From positions 1 to 61,514 of the forward strand of contig JAFNPO010000075.1 in assembly GCA_017386585.1 (NCBI GenBank): a stretch of 61,514 nt of DNA, read 5' to 3'. A program made the position numbers and the translations under genes. The notes under the pieces are model-generated. The model searched no databases. It worked only from the letters and a program-made list of their open reading frames with translations, and was not told the origin of the DNA. Positions within the stretch are counted from its first letter, which is position 1; the number at the start of each line of letters is the position of its first letter. The stretch is from Aeriscardovia sp. (lineage in GTDB: Bacteria > Actinomycetota > Actinomycetes > Actinomycetales > Bifidobacteriaceae). Positions 50,860 through 61,514 of the stretch are shown here, piece by piece.

Positions 50860-53800
50860 GTGCTGGACGTTAATCAATTTCACAAACTGAGGATCGGCAT
50901 GGCCACTACCGAGGACATCCATCGGTGGAGCTATGGCGAAGTTAAGAAACCGGAAACCATCAATTACAGGACCCTTAAGCCGGAGAAGGATGGCCTGTTT
51001 AGCGAACAGGTCTTCGGCCCGACCCGTGACTGGGAGTGCGCGTGCGGTAAGTATAAGCGCGTGCGTTTCAAAGGCATCGTTTGCGAGCGCTGCGGTGTGG
51101 AAGTGACCCGCTCCCGTGTGCGCCGCGAGCGCATGGGGCATATCGAACTCGCCGCGCCGGTGACGCACATCTGGTACTTCAAAGGCGTGCCGAGCCGTCT
51201 AGGCTATCTGCTCGATATTTCCCCAAAGGATCTCGAGAAGGTTATCTATTTTGCGGCCTACATGGTTACGAGCGTTGATGAGGAACAACGTCATAAGGAT
51301 CTACCGGATCTACGCGCTGAGTTGGACGTTGAGCTTGATGGTCTGGCCAAGCGTCGCGATCACGATATTGAGGAGCGCGCTAAGAAACTCGAGGCTGACC
51401 TCTCTGAATTGGAGCAGGAGGGGGGAAAGGGTGCCGCTTTAACGAGGCTACGCAAATCTGCTGAGCGCGACCAGGCGCAGATTCGTAAGAGGTACGACGG
51501 TCAGATTCAGCGCCTCAACGCCATGTGGGACCGTTTCCAGTCCCTGGAACCGGGCGACATGGAGGGGGATGTCAACCTGTGGCGCGAGATGGAGGATCGC
51601 TATGGCGAGTACTTCGAAGGCTGTATGGGAGCCGAAGCCATCAAGAAGCGTCTGCAGGACTTCGACCTCAAGGGCGCCGATGCCGAGCTACGCGAGACCA
51701 TTAAGACGGGTTCCGGCCAGCGCAAGGCTCGTGCCCTTAAGCGTCTCAAGGTCGTTGACGCGTTTCTCAACACTGGCAACTCGCCGGTCGCCATGGTCCT
51801 CGACGCCATTCCGGTCATTCCGCCGGATTTACGCCCGATGATTCAGCTTGACGGTGGCCGTTTCGCAACGTCCGATCTTAATGATCTATACCGTCGTGTC
51901 ATCAACCGCAATAATCGTCTTAAGAGGCTCATTGAACTGGGCGCCCCGGAGATTATGCTCAACAACGAGAAGCGTATGCTCCAGGAAGCCGTCGACTCTC
52001 TGTTTGATAACGGCCGACGCGGCCGTGCCGTCACCGGTGCCTCCAACCGCCCGCTTAAGTCCCTATCCGACATGCTCAAAGGCAAGCAGGGCCGCTTCCG
52101 TCAAAACCTGCTGGGTAAGCGTGTAGACTACTCTGGTCGTTCCGTTATCGTCGTCGGCCCAGAGCTGCGTATGCATCAGTGCGGTTTACCGAAGCCGATG
52201 GCGCTCGAACTCTTCAAACCGTTTGTCATCAGGCGGCTCGTGGATTTGGGTTACGCGCAAAACATCAAGAGCGCTAAGCGCCTTATCGACCGCGCTGACT
52301 CTAACGTGTGGGACGTGCTCGCGGAGGTTATTAAGGAGCATCCGGTGCTCCTTAACCGTGCGCCGACCCTGCACCGTCTCTCCATCGAAGCCTTCGAGCC
52401 GGTTCTCGTCGAAGGTAACGCCATTCATCTGCCCCCGCTGGCTTGCGCGCCGTTCAACGCCGATTTCGATGGTGACCAGATGGCAGTGCACCTGCCGTTG
52501 TCCGTTGAAGCGCAGGCCGAAGCTCGGACGCTGATGCTCGCGTCCAACAATATCCTCAAACCAGCCGATGGACACACGGTCACCATGCCGTCCCAGGACA
52601 TGATCCTAGGCTTGTACTGGCTGTCTACAGCTATCGACGAGGAACAGAAGGAAGTTGAGGACGCTAAGAGGGCATACTACGCCGAGCACCCGAACGGTGA
52701 CCGTCGCTTCCCAACGATTGCCGACGCCAAAGGCCAAGGTCGCATCTTTGGTTCCGTCGAGGAGGCCCGAATGGCTCTCGACTTGGGCGAAATCGGCATG
52801 CAGTCTAAAGTCCTTATCCGCATGCCTGCCGATTTCGTCTTACCGAAGGACTGGGAGCCGGGCGAGCTGCGTGTTGTTGACCCGGAGCCGGGCAGTCCGG
52901 CGGTTGTTCACGAGGAGCGTTTCGCCGATGGCAGCTACCTGTTCGCCACCAACTACGGCCGTTTGCTTTTCAACTCCTGCCTGCCGGTGGACTACCCGTT
53001 CATTAACCAGCAGGTGACGAAAGGCCTGCTGTCCAAAATTGTCGACGACATTGCCCTGCGTTATTCGACCGCGCAGACGACTGCCACGCTCGACGCCCTC
53101 AAGGACATGGGCTTCACCCGCGCTCAGTGGGCTGGCGTCACTATCGCCTTCTCCGACATCGAAATTCCGCCAGAGCGGATGGACATCATTCGCAGCTACG
53201 AGAAACAGGCCGACAAGGTAAACCAACAGTATGCCCTCGGTCTTCTAACTGCTGCGGAGCGTCGCCAGGAAGTCATCAACCTGTGGACCGAATGTACCGA
53301 CGCGGTTGCTGACCGCATGGAGGAGAACTTCTTCCCGGATAACGACCTCAACATCATGGTTCGCTCCGGCGCCCGAGGTAACTGGATGCAGGTCCGCCAG
53401 ATTGCTGCTATGCGAGGTCTCGTGGCGAATCCCAAGGGCGAGATTATTCCCCGGCCGGTTAAGTCTAATTATCATGACGGTCTGTCCACACTGGAGTACT
53501 TCATCTCTCAGCACGGCGCCCGCAAGGGCTTGGCCGACACCGCTTTGCGTACCGCGGAGTCCGGTTATCTAACCCGCCGTCTAGTGGACGTTTCCCAGGA
53601 CGTTATCGTCCGCGAGAAGGACTGCGGAACGCAGCGGGGTATCGAAATCGCCATCGGCGAGCGTGACGAGCAGGGCAAACTCTCCGTCGCTAAGTTTGCT
53701 GACGGTTCTGCCTACGCTCGCATGCTTGCGGAGGACGTCGTGGATCCGGACCATCCAGACCAGGTGCTTATGCATCGTAACGACGCTCTTAGCATGGAGA

Positions 53801-55020
53801 GCATCGCCGATCTTGTCTCCCACGGCGTCGAGAAGGTTAAGGTCCGCTCCGTGCTTACTTGCGAGTCCAAGAACGGCGTGTGCGCGCTGTGCTACGGCTG
53901 GTCCCTAGCGACCAACACCCTTGTCGACATCGGTGAGGCTGTCGGCATTGTGGCAGCCCAGTCCATCGGCGAGCCGGGTACGCAGCTGACGCTTCGTTCC
54001 TTCCATTCGGGCGGTGTTGCGTCCGCGTCCGACATCACCCAAGGTCTTCCGCGTGTCACTGAGCTTTTTGAAGCCCGCACTCCGAAGGGCGAGGCACCCA
54101 TCGCGGAGTATCCGGGGACCGTCAAGGTCGAGGACTCTGAGAATGGGCGCACCGTTACCCTCATGCCGGATGATCCGAACGTTGAGCCGATTACCTACCC
54201 GGTGACCCGCCGCGCGCCGCTCATTGTTCGCGACGGCGAGCACATCGAGGCTGGCACACAGCTAGTTGAGGGTTCTGTGAACCCCAAGAAGGTTCTGCGT
54301 ATCCTCGGACCGCGCGCCGCTGAGCTTAATATCATCGACGGTGTTCATGATGTGTACCGCTCTCAGGGTGTGGGCATCCACGACAAGCATATCGAGGTGA
54401 TCGTCCACCAGATGATCCGTCGCGTGACCGTCATCGACTCTGGGGACACGTCCTTGTTGCCGGGTGAACTTGTCGACCGAAACGAATTCGCACGCATCAA
54501 CAAAGAAGCCGTCAAGAAAGGTCTTAAGCCGGCCGCTGGCCGTCCGGAACTCCTCGGCATCACTAAGGCGTCTCTGGCTACCGATTCCTGGTTGTCCGCC
54601 GCGTCCTTCCAGGAGACTACCCGCGTGCTTACCGAAGCCGCTTTGGAGAACAAGGAAGACGCTCTGCGGGGCCTCAAGGAGAACGTCATCATTGGCAAGA
54701 TTATCCCGGCTGGCACCGGTCTGTCGCGTTACCGCAACGCGACGGTCGAGCCGGACAAGGTCATCCGTGAGATGATTTACCCAAGCTTCGGCTTCAGTGA
54801 AAACTCCGTTGACCTGGGTGACATGGGCGAGGAAGACCTCTCCGGTGTTGATTTCAGCAAGATTGATTTCGGTGACCTTAGTCTGGATGACGATTTCAAC
54901 GCTGCTGATTTCTTTGGCGCCGACAGTTCCAAGCTCGAGGACGATTCCGCCTCCACTCCCAACGACAGCGGCGAAGTTGGACAGGAAGGCACGGACCAAG
55001 TGTCTGGCATGACGGAGTGA
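50860..55020 (+). CDS. rpoC: DNA-directed RNA polymerase beta' subunit with an acidic C-terminal tail
   Basis: 1386 aa. GTG start. Zn-finger [20 protein letters not shown] and catalytic [12 protein letters not shown]. Confidence 0.97.
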   Translation: MLDVNQFHKLRIGMATTEDIHRWSYGEVKKPETINYRTLKPEKDGLFSEQVFGPTRDWECACGKYKRVRFKGIVCERCGVEVTRSRVRRERMGHIELAAPVTHIWYFKGVPSRLGYLLDISPKDLEKVIYFAAYMVTSVDEEQRHKDLPDLRAELDVELDGLAKRRDHDIEERAKKLEADLSELEQEGGKGAALTRLRKSAERDQAQIRKRYDGQIQRLNAMWDRFQSLEPGDMEGDVNLWREMEDRYGEYFEGCMGAEAIKKRLQDFDLKGADAELRETIKTGSGQRKARALKRLKVVDAFLNTGNSPVAMVLDAIPVIPPDLRPMIQLDGGRFATSDLNDLYRRVINRNNRLKRLIELGAPEIMLNNEKRMLQEAVDSLFDNGRRGRAVTGASNRPLKSLSDMLKGKQGRFRQNLLGKRVDYSGRSVIVVGPELRMHQCGLPKPMALELFKPFVIRRLVDLGYAQNIKSAKRLIDRADSNVWDVLAEVIKEHPVLLNRAPTLHRLSIEAFEPVLVEGNAIHLPPLACAPFNADFDGDQMAVHLPLSVEAQAEARTLMLASNNILKPADGHTVTMPSQDMILGLYWLSTAIDEEQKEVEDAKRAYYAEHPNGDRRFPTIADAKGQGRIFGSVEEARMALDLGEIGMQSKVLIRMPADFVLPKDWEPGELRVVDPEPGSPAVVHEERFADGSYLFATNYGRLLFNSCLPVDYPFINQQVTKGLLSKIVDDIALRYSTAQTTATLDALKDMGFTRAQWAGVTIAFSDIEIPPERMDIIRSYEKQADKVNQQYALGLLTAAERRQEVINLWTECTDAVADRMEENFFPDNDLNIMVRSGARGNWMQVRQIAAMRGLVANPKGEIIPRPVKSNYHDGLSTLEYFISQHGARKGLADTALRTAESGYLTRRLVDVSQDVIVREKDCGTQRGIEIAIGERDEQGKLSVAKFADGSAYARMLAEDVVDPDHPDQVLMHRNDALSMESIADLVSHGVEKVKVRSVLTCESKNGVCALCYGWSLATNTLVDIGEAVGIVAAQSIGEPGTQLTLRSFHSGGVASASDITQGLPRVTELFEARTPKGEAPIAEYPGTVKVEDSENGRTVTLMPDDPNVEPITYPVTRRAPLIVRDGEHIEAGTQLVEGSVNPKKVLRILGPRAAELNIIDGVHDVYRSQGVGIHDKHIEVIVHQMIRRVTVIDSGDTSLLPGELVDRNEFARINKEAVKKGLKPAAGRPELLGITKASLATDSWLSAASFQETTRVLTEAALENKEDALRGLKENVIIGKIIPAGTGLSRYRNATVEPDKVIREMIYPSFGFSENSVDLGDMGEEDLSGVDFSKIDFGDLSLDDDFNAADFFGADSSKLEDDSASTPNDSGEVGQEGTDQVSGMTE

Positions 55021-55071
55021 TTCGCGCGCTAAGATTCGCGTGACGGCGTAGGCCTAGTGCGGTGAGCTATC

Positions 55072-55112
55072 GAGGGACCCGGACCGGGAGAGCGGTTCGG
55101 GTCCCTCTTTTT
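55072..55112 (+). terminator. rpoC terminator
   Basis: gagggacccg ... cgggtccctc followed by ttttt. Confidence 0.85.
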
Positions 55113-55215
55113 GGAGGCTTTGCGGACTTCGGTTCGGGGGTGTCGGCGTTCTGGAGAAAAAAGACGCCAGAGCGTTAAAGTGAGGAAGACACACAGTCCC
55201 AGGACAGGAGAAGCG

Positions 55216-55956
55216 ATGGACGAGGAGACTTATCCGTATCCGGAACCGCCGGCGTTCGGGTGGTACGTCGAGGATTATGCGTGGGGCAAAGAACACGGTC
55301 TAGACGACAATGGCGAGCCGCTGCGCCCTTATGCTAAACCGGCTGTACGCCTGTTTAGCAAGCCCGACAGTTCCGCCCAGCGAGACTCCGCGGAAGCCGA
55401 AGAAACCGCGGCACCCAGTTCTCCTGCTTCACCGGGGGTGGACAACCAGGCCGACGTATCGGGGCCAGAGGCTGAGGACGATGATTGCGATGCCAGTCAG
55501 GCAAGGAAGGCCACTGCGGGAAACGGCGGCGTGGCTGGTTACGCCGATGTGCGTTTAACGCCGTCCGAAGACAACGGAGCCGACCATAGTTCGGCGGCGA
55601 GTGGGGCGACTGTCAAGTCTGTTCCGTCGGCGATCCTAGTCCTACGCAACTCCTCCAATGGCCAGTCGATCTTCATCTCTAAGGACTGCGTGCTGGGTCG
55701 CAAACCAGACGCACAGAACTATCCAGGCATTCAGGTGGTCCGATTGTCCGATTCGACGCGCACCGTCTCGCGTGAGCACGCCCTGGTACGTTTGGACGCG
55801 GACAAGCGGCAGGCGTGGATTGAGGACTTGGGTTCCCTCAACGGCACATACATCGTCCGCGGCGAATGCGAGACGCGCGTTGTGCCCGGCAAACCGCAGC
55901 TGCTGGATCCGGGTGCGTTACTGCGCATCGGTGACGAGTTCTACGAGATCTCCTAG
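55216..55956 (+). CDS. FHA-domain protein (C-terminal FHA, acidic disordered N-terminus)
   Basis: CVLGRKPD...VSREHALVRLDADKRQAWIEDLGSLNGTYIV. ATG 55216 has RBS caggaga. Confidence 0.8.
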   Translation: MDEETYPYPEPPAFGWYVEDYAWGKEHGLDDNGEPLRPYAKPAVRLFSKPDSSAQRDSAEAEETAAPSSPASPGVDNQADVSGPEAEDDDCDASQARKATAGNGGVAGYADVRLTPSEDNGADHSSAASGATVKSVPSAILVLRNSSNGQSIFISKDCVLGRKPDAQNYPGIQVVRLSDSTRTVSREHALVRLDADKRQAWIEDLGSLNGTYIVRGECETRVVPGKPQLLDPGALLRIGDEFYEIS

Positions 55957-56039
55957 CAGGAGGTCTCCGGGTTCAGAGGACCAGTCGGCCGGGACTGTCA
56001 CCAATTCTCATCCGTTAGCGGTCGGCCGGTGGCATATCG

Positions 56040-56711
56040 TCAGCGCTGTGTTTTCCGCTCCGCGATGGCCCGACGGATGCTGTCGTCCGGCAGAGACGCC
56101 AACCAGGAGAGCAGCTCCGGGTAGATATTCGGGTTCCGAGCCAGATATGGACGTAGCTGCGGGGCGTTCTGGGCGATGTCGTGCTGCGTCATTGGGTCGG
56201 TCATGGGGTCTAATGCCTGCGCGGCCGTATATCCGTTAACAGGCGTCGTCAGCTCGTCGGTGGAGACGACGACCACGGCATTCCTCGGAGAATCGTTGGA
56301 CGGCTGGCTTGCCGTGTCGCCAGCCGCAGAGGTGACACTGCCGTCAGCGTTGGCGTGTGTGCTTTGTGCTGCGTCGTCTTGGGTCTCGTTGTTCTGCCGA
56401 TTCGACGCGGTGGATTGATCCGTGGAGGTGAGCGGATCTTTGGGGTTGCGCTCGAGGATGGCTGCGCCCTTCGGGAGCTGGCCGCCTATGCGCTGTGCCA
56501 CGACGCGCTTGGCCTCGGGGGTGCCGAAACAGGCCAGCCAGGCGAGTAGTCCAGGGTATGCGCGCGGATTCGCCGCTACATTAGGGCCGAACTCGGGGTT
56601 TTCGTAGGCGATTAGTGCTAGAAAAGCTGGGTCTGCGTTCTTGTCTTGGACCGCTTGCGCAGCGGAATCATAATCAACCATTGGTTCGCGCTTTCTCTGG
56701 GAATAACTCAT
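56040..56711 (-). CDS. Hypothetical protein with two NPxxYPxLLxWLA repeats (leucine-rich-repeat-variant-like)
   Basis: ANPRAYPGLLAWLACFGTPEAKRVVAQR and RNPNIYPELLSWLASLPDDSIRRAIAER flank a low-complexity linker. The gene lies 39 nt downstream of the PP2C gene on the same strand. Confidence 0.6.
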   Translation of the reverse strand: MSYSQRKREPMVDYDSAAQAVQDKNADPAFLALIAYENPEFGPNVAANPRAYPGLLAWLACFGTPEAKRVVAQRIGGQLPKGAAILERNPKDPLTSTDQSTASNRQNNETQDDAAQSTHANADGSVTSAAGDTASQPSNDSPRNAVVVVSTDELTTPVNGYTAAQALDPMTDPMTQHDIAQNAPQLRPYLARNPNIYPELLSWLASLPDDSIRRAIAERKTQR

Positions 56712-56750
56712 TTTTAATGATGTTTACGGAAAGGATGACATCCGACAGTC

Positions 56751-57668
56751 TCAGCTCTGGTTCCGGGCAGCGGTCTGCATGCGCAGGTTCTCCAGCGTGG
56801 AGTCATCCATGGAGTCGATGTCCTCTGTCTCTGACAGACGCACCACTTCCCATTCTTGCTCTGTTGCGCCCGGCGTATCGTCCATGGGGTGGACCACCAG
56901 TTCCGTGTCTTCGTCGGCTTCCGTCACGTCCACGACGACTACTGTTGCATTATCGTCGCCGCCGCCATCCAGCGCAGCTTCGATAAGCCGGTGTGCTACG
57001 TCGTCGGCCGGCAGATTCAGGGTAGAGAGCGCGGCCATACGCTCCTGCGTCAGCATACTGTAGACACCGTCGGAGCAGATGACGAAGCGGCCCGGCAAAT
57101 CAGCCTTGAAGAAATCAGGCTGCACACCGTCAGGGGAGCCAATAGCCCGGGTGATGATGTTGCGTGGCACGAGGCGCTCCGCCGCTTCGGGGAGCATTTG
57201 ACCGGAGTCGATGACCTGCTGGCGTTGCGAATGATCGTGCGTCAGCTGTGAGAAGCTGGCAACGTCCCAGCCTCCGTCCAGAGATCTGTTGGCGTGATAG
57301 GTACGCGAGTCGCCGATGTTGACGACGTACCAGGAGCCGTCCAGCGCGTCGTCGATCCTAGTGTCTTTAAGAATGAGACCAGTCAACGTGGTGCCAGCGA
57401 CGGAGTTCTTGGTCTCGCCGATACCCAGCACCTGCTGCTGGGCTTCCTGGATGCAGCTCTCGATCATGGAACGGCTGCGGATTGGCGTGTTGGAGAGCCT
57501 GCCGAGGCAGGAGAGTGCCGTGGCGCTGGCTGCCCGCCCGCTGACGCCTCCGCCCATACCGTCAGCGACCAGATAGAGTCCCGAATCATTGAGATAGGAG
57601 TCCTGGTTGTCGTGTCGCTTAAGACCAATATCGGAGAGCGCGGAGCTGTTAATCGCTACGTGCGGCAT
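56751..57668 (-). CDS. PP2C-family Ser/Thr protein phosphatase (soluble)
   Basis: SDIGLKRHDNQDSY, LYLVADGMGG, ICSDGVY, GGGDDNATVVVVDV. Confidence 0.85.
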   Translation of the reverse strand: MPHVAINSSALSDIGLKRHDNQDSYLNDSGLYLVADGMGGGVSGRAASATALSCLGRLSNTPIRSRSMIESCIQEAQQQVLGIGETKNSVAGTTLTGLILKDTRIDDALDGSWYVVNIGDSRTYHANRSLDGGWDVASFSQLTHDHSQRQQVIDSGQMLPEAAERLVPRNIITRAIGSPDGVQPDFFKADLPGRFVICSDGVYSMLTQERMAALSTLNLPADDVAHRLIEAALDGGGDDNATVVVVDVTEADEDTELVVHPMDDTPGATEQEWEVVRLSETEDIDSMDDSTLENLRMQTAARNQS

Positions 57669-57980
57669 TACGTACCACCGTCTTTCCTCGAAGCCATTAC
57701 TCGCCCGACTTTACGCTGATGGCATGAAGTCTGCACCGGTCTGACCCTCTTCTCCATTGAAAGGGCATGGATGGTCCAGTGGAAAGCCCAGACCTCACGC
57801 GGGTTGGAGGAAAGTGGTACACTCTAAGAGGTATGTCTGCGCGATGCGTCGGGGTTGTCCGTGCGCGTAATCCGCAGCCATTTCGGAAGCCAGTGATGGT
57901 GGACGAACCATCGAGCCGGTGGACTGTTGGCTAGACTCCGATGTTTTCAAAGGAGGCCTGCTGCAGCGTGGCGGTTCGGG

Positions 57981-58018
57981 ACATCGATAAACAGAACGAA
58001 CATCGATAAACAGAATGA
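57981..58018 (+). repeat. Tandem 19-nt direct repeat in the rpsL upstream region
   Basis: acatcgataaacagaacga followed directly by acatcgataaacagaatga (18/19 identical), ending 12 nt before the rpsL TTG. Confidence 0.85.
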
Positions 58019-58030
58019 ATCGGAGTTAAA

Positions 58031-58402
58031 TTGCCAACTATTCAGCAGCTTGTCCGTTTCGGACGTAAGCCGAAGACCAAGAAGTCGAAAACCTTGGCGC
58101 TTAAGGGAAGTCCTCTGCGCCGCGGCGTATGCACCCGCGTGTACACCACCACTCCGAAGAAGCCGAACTCCGCGCTTCGCAAGGTTGCCCGTGTCAAACT
58201 CAGCTCTGGTGTCGAAGTGACCGCCTACATTCCGGGTGAAGGTCACAACCTGCAGGAGCACTCCATTGTGCTTGTCCGCGGCGGCCGCGTCAAGGATCTC
58301 CCGGGTGTGCGCTACCACATCGTGCGTGGCGCGCTCGATACCCAGGGTGTTAAGGATCGTAAGCAGAGTCGTTCCCTCTACGGAGCAAAGAAGGCTAAGT
58401 AA
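58031..58402 (+). CDS. rpsL: 30S ribosomal protein S12
   Basis: [12 protein letters not shown]...[31 protein letters not shown]. Confidence 0.97.
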   Translation: MPTIQQLVRFGRKPKTKKSKTLALKGSPLRRGVCTRVYTTTPKKPNSALRKVARVKLSSGVEVTAYIPGEGHNLQEHSIVLVRGGRVKDLPGVRYHIVRGALDTQGVKDRKQSRSLYGAKKAK

Positions 58403-58872
58403 TGTCTCGTAAAGGACCAGCAAAAAAGCACATCGTTCAGCCTGACCCGATTTACGGTTCCACCGTCGTCGCGCAGTTGATTAACAAAATCCTCCTCGAC
58501 GGCAAGAAGTCCGTCGCGGAGAGAATCGTCTACTCCGCTCTTGATATAGTCAAGGCTAAGACCGATCAGGAGCCTGTGGCCGTCCTCAAGCGCGCTCTGG
58601 ACAATATCCGTCCGACCCTCGAGGTTCGTTCCCGCCGCGTCGGTGGCGCAACTTACCAGGTCCCGGTCGAGGTTCGTCCGGCTCGCGCAAACACGTTGTC
58701 CCTGCGGTGGCTAACCGATTACAGCCGCCTGCGCCGCGAGAAGACAATGGCCGAGCGTCTCGCCAACGAGATTCTCGACGCTTCCAACGGTCTGGGCGCC
58801 GCTGTCAAGCGCCGTGAGGACACCCACAAGATGGCGGAAGCTAACCGCGCCTTCGCTCATTACCGCTGGTAA
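58402..58872 (+). CDS. rpsG: 30S ribosomal protein S7
   Basis: [20 protein letters not shown]...[15 protein letters not shown]...AFAHYRW. Confidence 0.97.
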   Translation: MSRKGPAKKHIVQPDPIYGSTVVAQLINKILLDGKKSVAERIVYSALDIVKAKTDQEPVAVLKRALDNIRPTLEVRSRRVGGATYQVPVEVRPARANTLSLRWLTDYSRLRREKTMAERLANEILDASNGLGAAVKRREDTHKMAEANRAFAHYRW

Positions 58873-58898
58873 TCTTCCAAGGACTAAGGGTTCTAGAA

Positions 58899-61046
58899 AT
58901 GGCAGTTGATACGCTTTCGGATCTGACCAAGATCCGCAACATCGGCATTATGGCTCACATCGATGCCGGCAAGACTACGACGACCGAGCGCATTCTCTTC
59001 TACACCGGCGTCAACTACAAGATTGGTGAGACCCATGATGGCGATTCCACCATGGATTGGATGGATCAAGAGAAGGAGCGCGGCATCACCATCACCTCCG
59101 CCGCCATTACCTGCTTCTGGAACCGTCAGTCCCACGATCCGGAGGACCGGTACCAAATCAACATCATCGATACGCCAGGCCATGTTGACTTCACCGCCGA
59201 GGTGGAGCGTTCCCTGCGTGTACTCGATGGTGCCGTCGCTGTTTTCGACGCGAAGGAAGGCGTGGAACCGCAGTCCGAGACCGTGTGGCGTCAAGCCGAT
59301 AAGTACGATGTGCCGCGTATCTGCTTCATCAACAAGATGGACAAGCTCGGCGCGGACTTCTTTTACTCCGTCGACACCATCAAGGACAAGCTCGGCGCTA
59401 GGCCGATTGTCATGCAGATACCGATCGGCGCTGAAAACGACTTTACCGGTGTCGTCGATTTGGTGACCATGAAAGCCTACGTCTGGCAAGGTGACGTCAA
59501 GAAGTCTGATCAAGGTGCCCACTACGACGTCACTGACATCCCGGAGGACCTCAAGGAAACTGCGGATAAGTATCGTACGGAGCTCCTCGAGACCGTCGCC
59601 GAGACGTCAGAGGATCTCATGAACAAGTACTTTGAGGAGGGTGACCTCTCCGAAGACGAGATCCGCCAAGGCGTCCGCCAGCTGACAATCACTTCCCAGG
59701 CATACCCGGTATTTTGCGGGTCCGCTTTCAAGGACAAGGGTGTACAGCCGATGATTGACGCGGTCGTCGACTACCTGCCGAGTCCGGAGGACGTTCCAGC
59801 CATCCGCGGCTACAAGCCGGGCGACGAATCCGTCGAAATTGACCGCAGGCCGGTTAGGGACGATCCGTTCTGCGCTTTGGCGTTCAAAATCGCTGTTCAT
59901 CCGTTCTACGGCAAGCTCATCTACGTGCGTGTGTATTCCGGTTCCATCAAGCCGGGCGACACGATCCTCAACGCGAACAAGAACAAGCGTGAACGCGTCG
60001 GTAAGCTTTTCCAGATGCATTCGTCCAAGGAGATTCCAGTTGACGAAGCCTCCGCGGGTAACATCTACGCTTTCGTGGGCCTCAAGAACGTCAGCACTGG
60101 TGACACCCTCTGCGACGTGGCCGATCCGATTTGCCTCGATTCCATGACTTTCCCCGATCCGGTGATTCAGATTGCCGTAGAGCCGAAGTCCAAGGCCGAT
60201 CAGGAAAAGATGGGCATCGCGCTATCCCGTCTGGCTGACGAGGATCCAACTTTCCAGGTCAAGACCGATCCGGAGTCTGGTCAGACCCTTATCTCCGGCA
60301 TGGGCGAACTCCAGCTCGACATTATCGTCGACCGCATGCGCCGCGAGTTCCACGTCGAGTGTAACGTTGGCAAGCCGCAGGTCGCCTATCGCGAGACCAT
60401 CCGCAAGCCCGTGATGGAGTACACCTACACCCACAAGAAACAGACCGGCGGTTCTGGCCAGTTCGCAAAGGTAGAGATGAACTTCATGCCAACTGACAAG
60501 TCCAACCCGGAGGAGGCCGGTCAGGATCTCGTCTTCGAAGATAAGATCACTGGCGGCGCCATCTCCAGCGAGTTCATCCCGTCCGTCGAGGCGGGCGTCA
60601 AGGAAGCCATGGCTTCCGGCATTCTCGCTGGTTTCCCGATGGTGGGCGTCAAAGCCCAGCTCATCGATGGCCAGATGCATCCGGTTGATTCCTCCGAGAT
60701 GGCCTTCAAAGTTGCCGGATCCATGGCTTTTAAGGAAGCCGCAGCCAAGGCGGATCCAGTCATCCTCGAGCCAATCATGGCTGTCCAAGTCCGTACTCCG
60801 GAGGAGTACATGGGAGATGTCATCGGTGATCTGAACTCCCGCCGCGGCAGCATCGAGTCCATGACTGACGCCACTGGCGTTAAGGTCATCGAGGCGAAGG
60901 TTCCGCTGGCCGAAATGTTTGGTTATATCGGCGATCTACGTTCTAAGACTCAGGGCCGCGCTGTGTACAGCATGCAGATGGATTCCTACGCGGAAGTCCC
61001 GAAGTCCGTGTCCGACGAGATCGTCAAAGAGCATCGCGGCGAGTGA
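58899..61046 (+). CDS. fusA: Elongation factor G
   Basis: [39 protein letters not shown]. 715 aa. Confidence 0.97.
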   Translation: MAVDTLSDLTKIRNIGIMAHIDAGKTTTTERILFYTGVNYKIGETHDGDSTMDWMDQEKERGITITSAAITCFWNRQSHDPEDRYQINIIDTPGHVDFTAEVERSLRVLDGAVAVFDAKEGVEPQSETVWRQADKYDVPRICFINKMDKLGADFFYSVDTIKDKLGARPIVMQIPIGAENDFTGVVDLVTMKAYVWQGDVKKSDQGAHYDVTDIPEDLKETADKYRTELLETVAETSEDLMNKYFEEGDLSEDEIRQGVRQLTITSQAYPVFCGSAFKDKGVQPMIDAVVDYLPSPEDVPAIRGYKPGDESVEIDRRPVRDDPFCALAFKIAVHPFYGKLIYVRVYSGSIKPGDTILNANKNKRERVGKLFQMHSSKEIPVDEASAGNIYAFVGLKNVSTGDTLCDVADPICLDSMTFPDPVIQIAVEPKSKADQEKMGIALSRLADEDPTFQVKTDPESGQTLISGMGELQLDIIVDRMRREFHVECNVGKPQVAYRETIRKPVMEYTYTHKKQTGGSGQFAKVEMNFMPTDKSNPEEAGQDLVFEDKITGGAISSEFIPSVEAGVKEAMASGILAGFPMVGVKAQLIDGQMHPVDSSEMAFKVAGSMAFKEAAAKADPVILEPIMAVQVRTPEEYMGDVIGDLNSRRGSIESMTDATGVKVIEAKVPLAEMFGYIGDLRSKTQGRAVYSMQMDSYAEVPKSVSDEIVKEHRGE

Positions 61047-61088
61047 CATCTTTCGAACGGCCAGATCCCTGATACCTTATCGCACGCA

Positions 61089-61131
61089 GGTCTGCGGTCA
61101 TCGATAGGATTGCTATCGTTAACCGCAGACC
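61089..61131 (+). other. Extended hairpin in the fusA-tuf spacer
   Basis: ggtctgcggt / accgcagacc (10 bp perfect) with inner cgatag/ctatcg. No U-tract follows. Confidence 0.4.
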
Positions 61132-61228
61132 GGTACATGAAAAACACAACAAGAAGTACAAGAAGTAATAGAGTGTAGTTAGGGCTTCCATCGGGGAAGC
61201 AACTACGAATCGTCCAGGAGGACTGCAC

Positions 61229-61514
61229 ATGGCAAAGGCCAAGTATGAGCGCACCAAGCCGCACGTGAACGTCGGCACTATCGGTCATATCGATCACGGT
61301 AAGACTACCCTTACCGCAGCGATTTCTAAGGTCCTGCACGAGGAGTACCCAGATCTCAACCCAGAGTACGAATTTGATCAGATTGATGCGGCTCCGGAAG
61401 AGAAGCAGCGCGGCATCACCATCAACATTGCGCACATTGAGTATGAGACCGGCAAGCGTCACTACGCGCACATCGATGCCCCGGGCCACGCTGATTACGT
61501 CAAGAACATGATTA
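61229..61514 (+). CDS. tuf: Elongation factor Tu, 5' part only (runs off the window)
   Basis: [32 protein letters not shown]...[15 protein letters not shown] ccaggagg. Confidence 0.95.
   Translation, partial: MAKAKYERTKPHVNVGTIGHIDHGKTTLTAAISKVLHEEYPDLNPEYEFDQIDAAPEEKQRGITINIAHIEYETGKRHYAHIDAPGHADYVKNMI

Noticed and set aside
1-61514. CRISPR arrays, transposases/IS elements, integrases, tRNA or rRNA genes
   Set aside because: I found no regularly spaced repeats, no transposase- or integrase-like translations in any frame of the ORF track, and no tRNA-like T-arm/acceptor structures in the intergenic regions I inspected.

Overview
This is a chromosomal core region of a high-GC Gram-positive bacterium. 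Gene content and protein style look Actinomycetales/Actinomycetaceae-like; coding GC is roughly 58-60% by eye. About 45 protein genes can be supported, most on the + strand. The main blocks are: a decayed permease gene followed by pepC; an unexplained ~2.3 kb segment; rpsO-pnp; an intact permease plus a second pepC; pgeF, a Pcp-like pseudo-peptidase and a DivIVA-domain protein; mtnN and a GNAT; rplJ-rplL; an FHA / helicase-like / small-ORF operon; mscL and fmdB; CIRCE-groES without groEL; a ClC channel; prfA-prmC-tsaC-wecA; orn; a PIF1-like helicase; proS; nusA-infB-rbfA-truB-ribF; rpoB-rpoC; an FHA / PP2C / repeat-protein cluster; and rpsL-rpsG-fusA-tuf (tuf truncated at the window end). I found no rRNA, tRNA, CRISPR array, transposase or intact mobile element. 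The most unusual item is the segment at about 3300-5612, especially 3480-4700. It has no credible ORF and lower GC (~54%). It contains several long, clean helices and an enriched CGTTCGAC motif. It is either a large structured non-coding RNA that I cannot assign to a known class, or a heavily eroded locus. Other points of interest: a permease-pepC segmental duplication with one decayed copy, a third permease remnant, and a likely gene-conversion patch between the pepC paralogs; a pyroglutamyl-peptidase homologue that appears to have lost its catalytic Cys and His; a large Upf1-like protein with no P-loop, translationally coupled to an FHA protein; a shared NPxxYxxLxxWL motif linking FHA and PP2C neighbourhoods; and a mosaic order of normally contiguous housekeeping operons. 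All homology calls come from reading the supplied translations by eye. No database search was run, and start codons are often ambiguous.
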